NCBI RefSeq assembly: GCF_031769215.1
Contig: NW_026781890.1
Span: 248,001 to 312,000, forward strand
Direction: 5' to 3'
DNA length: 64,000 nucleotides
From: Ylistrum balloti
Lineage: Eukaryota
The first letter of the stretch is position 1. Each line of letters opens with the position of its first letter. The translations under genes were made by a program, and so were the position numbers. Of this stretch, positions 12,271 to 24,854 are shown piece after piece. The notes under the pieces are model-generated. The model was given only the letters and a program-made list of their open reading frames with translations. It was not told the origin of the DNA and ran no database searches.

Positions 12271-15109
12271 CGTACCAAATAGTTCACGACTGAAAAAAGG
12301 AACCAGAATAATTAACTTTATGATACCTTTTCACTGAGATTATTCACGATTGATAAAAACAGAAAATAAAACTTTATTGTGGTGCTACATCACTTATATA
12401 TATTAATTTAAACGTCAATTTGAAGTATTTAGCATTATGTTAATTTTTCGCTTTTATTATCATTATTTTCGCGTATCTTTTCCATTTTCTATGTAAATAT
12501 ATTCACATAGATACGGTAACCATGTACATATTTTTCTGATTAAATTGTTTGTAACGTAATCGCAAACACCTGATATAAAACACAGATGTAACGGTGTAGA
12601 GGATAACTGTAAAGATCGACCGAACACACATAAACTATAACAGTAGTATGTTCTCACTGGGCTGTCAGTTAGGTTTCTTCTACAGTGGAGGACTCCTGTA
12701 CCTGTAGGACAAGCTCAACACGATTAATTACTCGACCTACACATGATTAGTGGCGACAAGGGACCAACAAGTGTCTTCGCTAAAACACTACATATCTGAT
12801 ATAGATCTCACGTTCTACATATTTATCTGCACCGGTAAGGACTCTGATTATCATATTATGCCACTTCGTTCGGAGTTTACAGCTGTACTGGACAAAGCAA
12901 TGCTATTGGATATTATTATGTAACAGGTATGTGGTTTTATTCATATGTACTGAATTCATGTTTAATTACTGTTGTAAATCAGGAAAAGTATGCTTATTTT
13001 GTTTTCTTGTCTAAATTGATTAAGTGGTTTCTTTATTGCAAGACTTTGGGTGTAGGTAACTAAGACCAACGATAACACACGTAAATTATCAATGTTGAAT
13101 TAATCCACTTCACACGAGTAATTAATGTATTAGATTTCTCATGTGTTTAACGTATTAATTAATTTAGAATGTTTTATATTGGGAATCAAATATACTGAAA
13201 AATGTTATATTAATATCATGTGCTCTATGCATTTTTTGTTTATTAGTTCCTATACCATATTGTATATCAGTCGAAGAAATGTCCGCTGAAGGCTACTTAG
13301 TATATCATATACCAGTAGAAGAAAAAAAAAACACGACACATTCACTGCCAAACGCTGTATAACTGACATAAATGTATCTAAACGACATGAAGATGTGTAA
13401 GTGAATACAAATATGGCTCAGTAATGTTCGTTATAGTGGGCTGGCTAGTTGTATTTCCTGTTGTGTGATACAGACCTGGTTTTTTTAGGTCTTTTTTTTA
13501 CAATGTTTACTACGTACGACAGCAAAGCGTGTGCCTAGGCAGAGCATGTCGCCCCAGGACACACCAAAGAACAAGGCTAGAGGGTTACACACAAACGACA
13601 TAGTGAATAGAATATTTCAACACATTTCTCATGAAACATTTGTTTCATCCTTCAATGATTAATGCTAAGAAGTGTGGAAATCTGGAAAGGAAAGGTAGCG
13701 ACCGAAACTAGCGTTAAAGTTTACTGAGGTACTAGATTGTTCAACAGGTTTGGTTAACTTTCAATAATGTCTGGAAAATATGAAAAGTGACTTCTGTTGT
13801 TTATATATAATTCTATCACGTGTCGATGATGACAGGGAATCGAAATACAATCGTTCTTATGTTAAGATAATGATAGGCAGATGCACTTACCTCTAATTTA
13901 ACAAATTCAAATATGAATGTTGGATATTTTAAGAGAGCGTCAAGTATATGTGTATATGGATTCAAAAAGACATGTGGGATATATCTGCAGGCCTAAAGGT
14001 CCTCCTGCATACTTCAATATCAACTGTCTCAACAGATTGCACAATAGCTGCACAGTTATACAAATCTAGAGTTCGACAGACTGACACGTGATAAATCTTT
14101 CAGCATTCGTTTGTGACCTCTTCAGCACATCTTTCGACTTTGCATTTTCTTCTTTGTGGTTACAAGTATTGAAAACAAATGATTAAAAAATAGAATTTTA
14201 ATCAAATTTAATCAGAGTTTTAAAGGAAATGTTGCATTGTTTTATTTGTAGGTTCAAAACAATATGATATTTGCTACATAGAAGTATATCATGTAAGAGA
14301 TATATAAATGATCTCTTATTGTCATATATATAAACTTTAAATGGCATTTTAATTAATACAATGATAATTAACGATAAATGATGGATTTTTTCCATTATCT
14401 AATAAAATGCGGTTTTCAGGTGATCAACATTTGGTTGTATTTGCTTCAGTTGTTGGAGACATCAATTTGAAGAAGAAAACAAGATATAACAGAAAATTGC
14501 AAACATCTTTTTTAAAGTAGACATTGGTACTGGTTGTATCTGTCTGATTATTCTTGATTTTGTGGATGAGTGAAATCTTTGGGGACTCTACAACATAGCT
14601 GATAATTAAGGTTAAGCTGATAATACAAACCTCTAACACCAGTGTATTGTATATGTATGTTAATTGTCAACTGACACCAGACATTTATGAGTTTTACTTA
14701 AGTACGTTACACATTGTTGAAAGGTTACAGTGACAACTTCAGAGATACAGTTTAATGAGTTCATTCTTGGAGATGTTTGCCTTTAAATAAATATTTCAGT
14801 AGTTTTCTGATTTTTGCGGATTTGTTTCTGTCGCTTATTTACAACCTGTGCGGTCTCAACAGTGATATATAATGTTCAATACATTTATTGTTGGAACTCT
14901 TTGATGTGGAATTTTATGATAAAAGCAGTCTATATATCAGTGAGCGTTACATTTAGACTAAGATCGGTACACTGCTGTCTTACAGACAGTTCCAGTCGGA
15001 TGATGGGACCTTTGTTATGCCGAGTAAAATGTACAGATAATTGCATCCTGAAGGCTTGTTGAACGTGTGAGCAAAAATGATGTTTGGAGTAAAAATACAA
15101 AACATGGAT

Positions 15110-15744
15110 TGTCTGGAGTAATATAAAGCCTTAATTGTCTGTATTAGGCCTTGAGTAATATAAAGCATGAATTGTCAGTACTAGACCTTGTGTAATATAA
15201 AGCTTTAATTGTCAGTACTAGACCTTGTGTAATATAAAGCATGGATTGCCAGTACTAGACCTTGTGTAATATAAAGCATGAATTGCCAGTACTAGACCTT
15301 GTGTAATATAAAGTATGAATTGTCAGTACTAGGCCTTGTGCAATATAAAGCATGAATTGTCTGTACTAGACCTTGTGTAATATAAAGTATGAATTGTCTG
15401 TACTAGGCCTTGTGTAATATAAAGCATGGATTGTCTGTAATAGACCTTGTGTAATATAAAGTATGAATTGTCTGTACTAGACCTTGTGTAATATAAAGCA
15501 TGAATTGTCAGTACTAAGCATTGTGTAATATATATAGCCTTAATTGTCCGTATTAGGCCTTGTGTAATATAAAGTATGAATTGTCAGTACTAGGCCTTGT
15601 GTAATATAAAGTATGAATTGTCAGTACTAGACCTTGTGTAATATAAAGTATGAATTGTCAGTACTAGACCTTGTGTAATATAAAGCAAGAATTGTCAGTA
15701 CTAGGCCTTGACTAATATTAAGCCTTAATTGTCAGTACTAAGCC
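15110..15744. repeat. 37-bp minisatellite, at least ~17 copies, running into an assembly gap
   Basis: Unit aattgtcagtactagaccttgtgtaatataaagcatg; period 37 (15182, 15219). Confidence 0.93.
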
Positions 15745-15885
15745 NNNNNNNNNNNNNNNNNNNNNNNNNNNNNNNNNNNNNNNNNNNNNNNNNNNNNNNN
15801 NNNNNNNNNNNNNNNNNNNNNNNNNNNNNNNNNNNNNNNNNNNNNNNNNNNNNNNNNNNNNNNNNNNNNNNNNNNNNNNNNNNNN
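15745..15885. other. Assembly gap (141 N)
   Basis: Run of N directly after the 37-bp array. Confidence 0.99.
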
Positions 15886-16760
15886 CATGTGGCTCACATC
15901 TGATAATCAGTACACATTCTGGACCCTATTGACCTGTCATCCTCGATACTACATGAGTTACGAACTCTTTCACTCTCTACAATCCCTGAATATGTCATAG
16001 CAAACCTGAAGGTTTCATGTGCATCACCATGTGGATAAGACCAGTTTGATCATCAAATGAATCACGAGGTCGCACAGCGGTATGTTGCATTGGCTTTGAA
16101 GTTGAATGTCTCTCCTTTGTAATATTCAAAGGAGCGTATCAGTCTGTGATTACTACGTCCATTTCTCGTGGGACCCTCTATAGATCAATCAAATTACTCT
16201 GCGTGTGCCTTCAAATTTTGTCATGACAAGTTCCAGAGGTGCAGAATGCGAAAGTAATCGTAACCCCTGGATTATAGAGGATGTTGATAAGTGTGATGGT
16301 GGTGGTTACATGTTACCTTTTATAAAGTGATGTATGTGTTTTGATTTTAACATAACATCACAACGTACAGTGTTCATAGCTGGTCAGACCTTAAAGGAAC
16401 AATTATGAAATTTGAAATTTGAAGCTTATTTCTGTTTTTCATATGAGTTAATAACCCTTTCAATCTTTTTTTATCTCATTTATTTCTTTAGATAGTGTAT
16501 TTTAAAAGTTTTGCTACATCCAATTTCTTTGTACATGGTATATTAGTTATCTAAAAACAAATCGTACTTTAACAGTGAATCCTCTCGTTTGGTAAAAAAA
16601 ATTACAGCGAATCTTTTCTTCGTTTTATTTTAGGTATGTCTTCATGGACGAAAGTTCTTCGATGGATTGTCTGTGAAACTGAGTAGTAAAGTTATGGTTG
16701 ACAGGAAACCAACATACCCAGAGATATTCATTTTCAATTACCATTATTATCATCAAAACC

Positions 16761-19700
16761 ATGAAAGCGGGATATATCAAGGAAATCCAGGTGTTTTTAT
16801 ACATGTGCATAGTTGGAAGCTTTGTGTCATCCCTTGATTCTGAAAGATGTGACGTTCCAGTCTGTATGAATAAGACGAGTCTCTTGCCATCCATTAATAT
16901 GTTTAGTCTCCATGGCAACTATGTGCCTTTCAAAGGGATGGCGTACTTACTTTCGCCACCACAAGGTATGCACTGCTATATAAATCTCACCACCATTTTA
17001 CACAACTACAATTTCACCCACGATCCAGCTGTAGCTGTATTGTCTCTCCATTGTCAGCGACCGTACGTCATACATATGAGTGGGTATACTGGGGATTCCC
17101 TCAGCCATATCTGGTACTACTTCCAAATGCAAGGATGCAGAACAACCTACATGAGTTTGAACCGCTTATCTACTGTTGTCGACCTGAAAACCATCACCCT
17201 GCCTGGTAGGGCTTACATACACACCAATGCTACAGACTGTCTTTCACCAAACCAATCCATTCCGAAATGTCACAGCATTTATAACTTACATTCTATATGG
17301 ATAACTCATTCTTATCGCTACCCAGAACAGGACCTCGATGACTTGTTTCATTGCGCTGATACGTTCCCTAATATGACAGAACTAACTATAACCAATATGT
17401 CTCTAACGGAACTGCCACCGTCTGTTATAAGAAAGATTCCTAACGTTCAATCCTTAGAAATATCTAATTGTCAACTCACACTTCCACCCAAAGACTTTCC
17501 ATGGACAGACCAATCAGTTAGGTTAAAGGGTAATCTCACCATGGAAGACTATTTCTTGGAACATTATGGAAAACCGTTTAACATAGAAATGGATCCCAAT
17601 CTGTATAGAAGAATTCTGAATCTCAATTTTAATCGAATAACAAATCTATCAAATGTCTCGTTTAGAGGCTATCTCCAAATGATACAATTGTCGGGAAATG
17701 GGCTGGTTGAAATCGGATCTTCAACATTTTACCATCTCGTTGGTATTCAGCATATTGACTTGTCTATAAACAAGCTGCAGTCGTTACCGGAAGTTCTTTT
17801 CCAAGGTCTAAGCAGTCTTCGTCATATTGATTTAGGTAGCAATGCGATAAAGTCATTACCTGCTCTAGTTTTCAAAGACGTAACAAACGTTGTATATCTA
17901 AACCTTGCTAACAATTCCCTGGTTCATCTACCTTCTGGTGTTTTTTCAACATTATCACAATTGAAAGAAATCCATTTAGAGTATAACCAATTGGTGACAA
18001 TAGAAGCCAGATCGTTTCTCATGACTTCTATTACCCTAACCAAGTTGTATTTTGATAGTAACCCACTCAAGGTCATTCCTGACATCGTGTTCTACCTGCG
18101 CTACCTCAGTACCGCTTTTCTCAGGAATACAAACATATCTTTTAACAACTTGACAGAGATCACGTCACGTGTCAACTGGCCTCGCATGACTGATGCCGTT
18201 ATGGACTCCACCAGTAGTGCCAATCTAGACCTTAATAAACCAGCTGTCACATTAAGAAAGGTGGACCTTACCGGAAGTGCAATAACAACAGTATGGATGA
18301 CACAAAATTTAACACAATTTCAGCACACATTTCTTCTTCTTGTTTTTCGCCATTTTCATTTCATTTTAGAAGAAAATAGTGTAACTTGTGATTGTAATAT
18401 CGGCACATTCTCAAAGTGGATTCATAAGCAAAAGCAAGATGGACTTTTCACTGGAAAAGAATATTTCTTCAAAGAATGGTTTTGCAAATACCCAGTTGAA
18501 CTCAGGGGCAGACTACTCCTTGATGTAAAACCAGAAGAGACTTACTGTGCTATTAACGTGTCTAACTGCCCAGAAGAATGTTGGTGCTACAAGCGATCTG
18601 TGTCGAACGTAATCATTGTGGACTGTCGAGGCCGAAGACTGGAGACATTACCGACTGTTTTGCCAGACGGTCGTCTCGACTTATGGTTCCACCAGAACAA
18701 CATTACTGTGCTAAAACACAAGACTTATCTGTCTAGAGTAAGACAGCTCGTCCTCAGTCACAATAACCTAGAACTCATCGAAAGCTCGGCAATATCTTCT
18801 CTCACCAATGCAATGCTACTTCACCTCGATTCAAATCTCTTAGCGACACTGCCAGTTCAATTTCGGGACATACAAGCATCATCGATATTGCTTAAGAACA
18901 ATCCTTTTCGGTGTGATTGCAATACTCTATGGATGAAGTCATGGATATTAAAACACCAAAGTCGTATTCATGACTGGACAAATATTGCATGTAACAGCCA
19001 TAACGACGACGGAGAGCAGTTTGTAGGTCTCTCCGACAACGAATTTGTTTGTGTGGAGGATTTTGACTCCATGAAGCACGTCATCACTCCAGCTGTGTCT
19101 AGTTCACTCTCTCTGGCAGTATTTTTGATAGCACTGGGGTTACTCTATATCTATCGCCTGGAAATGAAAGTCCTCCTGTATATTTACTGTGGTATCCATC
19201 CATTCGACAAAGACAAGAAAGGAGGAAAAGAGATAATAGATGCAGCTGTAATACACGCTGCGGGAATTACAGACTGGGTGATGAAAAACATTGTCACTTA
19301 TCTCGAGGAGGACGCACAACATTATATTATCTGTGAGATAAACAGGGATTTTGTTGCGGGGTTTTCTTATCAGGAGAATATAGTAAGTATAGTACGGAAA
19401 AGCAAACGGATGATTTTAGTCCTCTCGGACGAGATGACGGACACACACGACATGTTTAAAGTTGCATGGAGAGAGGCACAATTGAAAATCAAAGAAAAAA
19501 GAACGAATTATGTTATTGTAATAGGCCACAACAGGTCTCGAAAGAAGCTTACTAACAAAGACCTTAAACGCTACTTGAAAAGAGGAAGGTTTGTGCATAC
19601 AGGTGAAAGTCTCTTTCACGAGAAAATATTATATTCAATGCCTAATTATAAACACACTGCTGACAACGGTGTAGTTCGGGGCCTTCCTGACATTCGAAAA

Positions 19701-20516
19701 TGCATACAGAATACATATGATGCGGATGACAAAGAAGAAATTGAATTCGATGCATTCCTTGCCTACGGCGAAACTGATAGAAACTTTGCTGTCAACGACC
19801 TTAGAATAGACTTGGAGAAAAATGGATATACTTTAATTATACCAGATCGTGACTTTCCCCCAGGAGCATCAAAGGAGGAAAATGTGCTCCTGGCTGTATC
19901 AAGTTGTCACCACACGCTTTTCATCGTGTCAGGGGAACATCTAGAGGACGAATGGTCTCTATTCACCTTCCGATCAGCCAGCGAGAAATCCTTACGCAAC
20001 AAGAGTAATCATCTTATCCTCTTGTCCGCACAAAAAGAGGATATAAACATTGTGGATGAAGAAGTCCGATATCATCTAAAGACACAAGTAAGTCTTGATG
20101 TACATAGTCCCTGGTTCTGGGATAGACTCCATAAGGCTTTGCCACCAAAGGCTAATCGTCAAGGTCAAGGTCAGCAAGGTGTCGTAGACGACAAGGAAAA
20201 CATTACAGATATAGAAAGAATAAAAATGCTGAAAGAAGAAGAAAATGAAGAAAAGTTGAAAGAAATCGAAAGAATAAAAATGTTCAAGGAAGACAAGAAT
20301 GAGGACAACGAAAAGGAAAAATACGAGGAAAGAATGAAAAATGGGAATTCATTTCTTCTGCATGAAAAAGATTTATTCGACAATGACGTGGACATCAAAC
20401 AAATCGATGGCAATGAGAGTATTTTGTTCAAAGCAAAAATGAAAGAAGCTGAAATAGAAAATGAAGCAGAAAAAGATAACGAAAGCCAAAAAGAAATGGA
20501 AATTACTTTTGTATAG
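16761..20516 (+). CDS. Toll-like receptor, multiple-cysteine-cluster (protostome-type) ectodomain, twin TIR domains, ~1251 aa, uninterrupted CDS
   Basis: First in-frame ATG at 16761 gives a signal-peptide-like N-terminus. LxxLxLxxN LRRs; internal LRRCT (VTCDC...CKYP) followed by LRRNT (CPEECWC...VDC); second LRR block with LRRCT (NPFRCDC). TM at ~19080-19155; TIR1 ~19233-19643; TIR2 ~19746-20144 (FDAF...RDFPPG...WFWDRL); charged tail; TAG at 20514-20516. Confidence 0.95.
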   Translation: MKAGYIKEIQVFLYMCIVGSFVSSLDSERCDVPVCMNKTSLLPSINMFSLHGNYVPFKGMAYLLSPPQGMHCYINLTTILHNYNFTHDPAVAVLSLHCQRPYVIHMSGYTGDSLSHIWYYFQMQGCRTTYMSLNRLSTVVDLKTITLPGRAYIHTNATDCLSPNQSIPKCHSIYNLHSIWITHSYRYPEQDLDDLFHCADTFPNMTELTITNMSLTELPPSVIRKIPNVQSLEISNCQLTLPPKDFPWTDQSVRLKGNLTMEDYFLEHYGKPFNIEMDPNLYRRILNLNFNRITNLSNVSFRGYLQMIQLSGNGLVEIGSSTFYHLVGIQHIDLSINKLQSLPEVLFQGLSSLRHIDLGSNAIKSLPALVFKDVTNVVYLNLANNSLVHLPSGVFSTLSQLKEIHLEYNQLVTIEARSFLMTSITLTKLYFDSNPLKVIPDIVFYLRYLSTAFLRNTNISFNNLTEITSRVNWPRMTDAVMDSTSSANLDLNKPAVTLRKVDLTGSAITTVWMTQNLTQFQHTFLLLVFRHFHFILEENSVTCDCNIGTFSKWIHKQKQDGLFTGKEYFFKEWFCKYPVELRGRLLLDVKPEETYCAINVSNCPEECWCYKRSVSNVIIVDCRGRRLETLPTVLPDGRLDLWFHQNNITVLKHKTYLSRVRQLVLSHNNLELIESSAISSLTNAMLLHLDSNLLATLPVQFRDIQASSILLKNNPFRCDCNTLWMKSWILKHQSRIHDWTNIACNSHNDDGEQFVGLSDNEFVCVEDFDSMKHVITPAVSSSLSLAVFLIALGLLYIYRLEMKVLLYIYCGIHPFDKDKKGGKEIIDAAVIHAAGITDWVMKNIVTYLEEDAQHYIICEINRDFVAGFSYQENIVSIVRKSKRMILVLSDEMTDTHDMFKVAWREAQLKIKEKRTNYVIVIGHNRSRKKLTNKDLKRYLKRGRFVHTGESLFHEKILYSMPNYKHTADNGVVRGLPDIRKCIQNTYDADDKEEIEFDAFLAYGETDRNFAVNDLRIDLEKNGYTLIIPDRDFPPGASKEENVLLAVSSCHHTLFIVSGEHLEDEWSLFTFRSASEKSLRNKSNHLILLSAQKEDINIVDEEVRYHLKTQVSLDVHSPWFWDRLHKALPPKANRQGQGQQGVVDDKENITDIERIKMLKEEENEEKLKEIERIKMFKEDKNEDNEKEKYEERMKNGNSFLLHEKDLFDNDVDIKQIDGNESILFKAKMKEAEIENEAEKDNESQKEMEITFV

Positions 20517-20679
20517 AAGGTTTGGCGTTACAGGAACCCATTTATTCAAAGTCTCGTTCTGTTAAGAACCAATACCGAATTCCTTCAGATCTTAAATTCG
20601 TGCAGAAAATTCCTCGCTGTAAGTGTTTATAACGACGTAGAAAACCTATACATAGATACTTCGTAGCGTGTGTGTGTAA

Positions 20680-20938
20680 AGGTTTCGCTGTATGTGTCAA
20701 GAATGAGATGATAAAGAAAAAGTAAAGGTTTCACAGCATGTGTCAAGAATGAGATATTAAAGAAAAAGGAAATGTTTCGTAGTATGTGTCAGGAATAAGA
20801 TAATAAAGAAAAATGTAAAAGTTTCACAGTATGTGTCAAGATTGAGATAATAAAGAAAAAGTAAAGGTTTCGCAGTAAGTGTCAAGAATGAGGTGATAAA
20901 GAAAAATGTAAATGTTTCGCAGTATGTGTCGAGGATAA
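20680..20938. repeat. ~46-47-bp minisatellite x~5.5, probably in the TLR 3' UTR
   Basis: tgtgtcaagaatgaga-like core at about 20693, 20740, 20785, 20832, 20878, 20925. Confidence 0.85.
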
Positions 20939-20991
20939 AATTATATAGAATTTTTTCAGAGAAAATATTAAGGATAAGAATTTCAATTTTC

Positions 20992-21463
20992 AATAACGTA
21001 GAACAAAGTTGGACAATGTTAGTTTGATGTGTACAGTATTTAATGACGTAGAACAAAGTTGGACAATGTTTGCTTTATGTGTACAGTATGTAATGACGTA
21101 GAACAAAGTTGGACAATGTTTGCTTTACGTGTACAGTATCTAATGACGTAGAACAAAGTTGGACAATGTTTGCTTTATGTGTACAATATTTAATGACGTA
21201 GAACAAAGTTGGACAATGTTTGCTTTATGTGTACAGTATCTAATGACGAAGAACAAAGTTGGACAATGCTTAATTTATGTGTACAGTATGTAATGACGTA
21301 GAACAAAGTTGGACAATGTTTGCGTTATGTGTACAGTATCTAATGACGTAGAACAAAGTTGGACAATGTTTGCTTTATGTGTACAGTATGTAATGACGTA
21401 GAACAAAGTTGGACAATGTTTGCTTTATGTGTACAGTATGTAATGACGTAGAACAAAGTTGGA
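20992..21463. repeat. 50-bp minisatellite x~9.5
   Basis: aatgacgtagaacaaagttggacaatg recurs every 50 bp (21042, 21092, ...). Confidence 0.95.
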
Positions 21464-24400
21464 GAATTGACGAGAAACTTTAAATGAATTAACAGTCCCA
21501 GTTAAATAGATCTAATAACATTCATGTTAAGATTATTAAAATAAGTATACTGTATACAGCTCAAGTGTTTTATCCTCAGGTATTCCTTTTTGCAGAAATG
21601 GAAAGACAAAAATTAGACAAAAAAAAAAAAAACGAAAAAAAAAAGACTACACAAAAAAAATGCACGTGTAATAAATATGTAATATTGAGAATCATGTGAC
21701 AGGAACGTACAAGTAGAGTGTGTATATCTGACATTAAAAAAGCGACACACGCTGCCTAGTTATATATCCCTGTATTTTATTGTCAAAAATTGTACTAGCT
21801 TTTTATGTGTTGTTTTATGGTAGTTAAATTGTCAATTCTGTTTCAGGGAAATCTAAATGATTAGGTACAGTATAATTTATATATAATGTTTCCTCTTCTG
21901 CATTATTTATATGCATATATTATGTCTTATCATCATAAAAACAGGTCACACTACTTGACATTTCATTGGACCAAAGATGACGACTTGATATTTTTATGTA
22001 GTGATATAGAATTCAGATGTGTCGAGTGTCCGCCTTTCTATAAACATTGGCAGTTTATGGATAATTGACAGATTGGGTATCTCTTAATTTCAAAGTTTTA
22101 ACTATCGATTAATCAATCAGTTTCAACTCAGAACTAGATTTAATGTTAATATTATTATAAATGTTATACAAAGAAAATAGCAATGTAATTCGGATTTGAA
22201 ATGGTACAATATTAAAAATGCCGTCTCATGGTCGGAATATCTGTGCAAATTAATTGAGATCTAGAAAGGAAATTGGAATTTTAAACTTCAGTCTCGATCA
22301 CTATATGTAAAATGTATACACAAGTTATGCTTTATCACGTGTGTTCTGCATTACCATTATCTATTATCATGAATGACAATAAAATTTTAAGTTTGGAATT
22401 TGATTCTTGTGATTTCATTGGCCTCAAACTTGTCATAACTACATGTGTATTAATGTGTAACACGAAGCCTTAGGGATTCCTCGCAATTACCGACCTTTTT
22501 AAATAATAAGTAATTTATAAAGAAAACTTATCCTTGACATCAAACACAACTAACACTGTGGGGTTGGGGTTATCGTGATTTAAATCGCTTTTGCTGTACC
22601 ACTGTATGATGGGGTATGTCTCGAGGATGTCTGATTTTCTCTTGTCATAGAGGTTTATCTCGCTTCAGCTGAGATTCCAGGCGCTATTGACAGGTAATAC
22701 ACAAGTTACGGAAGAGGTTTTTTTTCGATGATTTATTTATCCCGCCATTGCCTTCCCGTGTCCATGTTTACTTAACTTTGGGCATCTAGATGTCATTGAC
22801 AAACTTGTCACCTGTAACACAAAGCATCCCTCTGTTCGGTTATCTTGACCTGTTTAACTAACAAACATGTAGCGTGTAGGGCGACATGGGTCAGCTGACT
22901 ACTACGAGACAAAATGGCGCTGAAAGAGTCAGCTTTGGTATAAATCTTGTCAAGGAAGGAGAAAAAACCTCGGTATATACATACATACATACATGTGCCA
23001 TAAACATCTTCATTAAGTGTGTTGTTTAACAGCCTTTAAATGTCTACTACTCGGTAACTTTTTTTAAAAATTAGATAAGCAGAATAAATCATTATTTTTC
23101 AATGTTAAATAAGTGATCGTTATAATTCTTCTTTTACCGAGAATATCATGAAGTTGAAGGACCTGGTTTGTATCAGTACCATAAGAAAGCTCACAAGTCT
23201 CCAAACGATACAAAACTAAACAAAAATATATATTATATATTGATTCTATGCTAAAACGATTCAACTATTGGTTATTGCTTACTCACCCCCCACCCCCTCT
23301 CACCAGCAACCCATACCCACTCCCTTGTTGAAATTTAAGAGCGGTGTTATTCAAAACGTGTGTGTTTTTTGTACTTTTAGGGGGGGAAATATACATAACT
23401 AAAAAGTGTATTTCCTCAACCTGTCACGTTTCGACAAATCGTTGTAATTATTACAATAACACATCAATACTGGATGAAATATGCCGATTGCAATTAAATA
23501 ATCACTAATATTTCACAGTGTCAAAATCTGCCATCAGAGACTAAATAATGTATTCACTGACGTGATTAATCAATACGATATACAGGATAAGACGATAGCC
23601 TTCATTTCGGAAATCCCATTTGTCACCAATTCTTTTTTTTAGATATTCCATTTCTTTATTACACATTAAATCTAACTCTAAAGAAAGGTATTTTCTAGAT
23701 TTTTTATGATAACCAATAGGATTTTACATATCCGGAAAACACAATCAGTTAATTAACGTTTTACGTGTTAGATTTTAATCAATGTATTCACACTTTCTCC
23801 GGGCCACGAACTGACATCTACGGTACATTTAAATTACATTTTTTTAATATACGCCCCATTAGTCAGCAAAATCAAGAAAAGTTTTACATCATGGTGGATA
23901 CAATATATAGAGAAAGAGAATGTACAATATATCATACAGTTGTTTTATTTTATCTTTTCTTCATCGATTAGCGTCGTGTATATATTTACTCAGAGAACAT
24001 ATTTTTTAAAAACATTTTCTACTCTAAATCAATATAAATACAAATGGATTTTTCTAAAAGTAATTTTATGTACTTTATCTTGATTCATGGATAAAATCGT
24101 ATTTATTCTTGATGAATTGTCTCGTAGCGTGCATATTACAGAATCGTCTAGAACTTTGGGTATTATTGTATCGACCAACTCCGACTGATAAACACTATAA
24201 AGATATACGTATTTCACTGATACAAATTCTAGAATTTTTTAAGGAATATATTTCGCTTATTGAAATGGTAAAGTATCATTATAGATAAGGTGTTTATAAA
24301 TGTGACATTTGGAGGATATTTCTATTAAATGTTGTAGGAATTTAAACCAATACTTAATTATTCTAGATTTCCTGTAATGACCTAGTTCACAATATACAAT

Positions 24401-24554
24401 ATGTTTTGTGGAAGTTTTTTTTTAATTAAAAAATAATATTTAGTTTATAATATCTTGTTTACATCTAAATATGTACATTAATCTACACAAATTAGATCAT
24501 CCATGTCCTTTTCTCATTTCAATGTGCTACTCCTTTTTGGACTATGACAACTTT

Positions 24555-24810
24555 CGTTTTCGTTTTTCGATATTCATTGTAAGATTCCATTTTTTTCAGA
24601 ATTTGAAATTATTGAGTAGATCTTGTAATCCTTGACCAGTCTCTGAAAACAAAACCATATCATCACCATCAAGCATAAGAAACAAGCTCAAGACTTGAAA
24701 TTCTTAATGCTAATTACAATGTGTTATACAAAACAGGATTCAAGATCGTTGACAAACAAAGAAAAAGTATTGGGGACAGTAATTCCCTGGAAGAGACCGA
24801 TCTCGATTTA
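24555..24810 (-). mobile_element. Short non-LTR retrotransposon RT remnant (different family from the 5-10 kb element)
   Basis: GLFQG/LLSPIL/SLFVNDLE with two frameshifts, then LFLML(DG)DDMVLFSETGQGLQDLLN...KWNLTMNIEK, i.e. a decayed YADD region. Confidence 0.7.
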
Positions 24811-24854
24811 GACGAAATAATTTGACACGTAGTAATCGATTAAAATTTCTGCGT

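Noticed and set aside
12640-12932. Possible TLR non-coding first exon ending at AACAG|GTATGT (12926)
   Set aside because: Only a donor-like motif; no promoter or transcript evidence can be read from the sequence
15729-15932. ORF spanning X residues
   Set aside because: Crosses the assembly gap
16698-16760. 21-aa N-terminal extension of the TLR in the ORF track
   Set aside because: Starts at TTG; the ATG at 16761 gives a signal-peptide-like N-terminus
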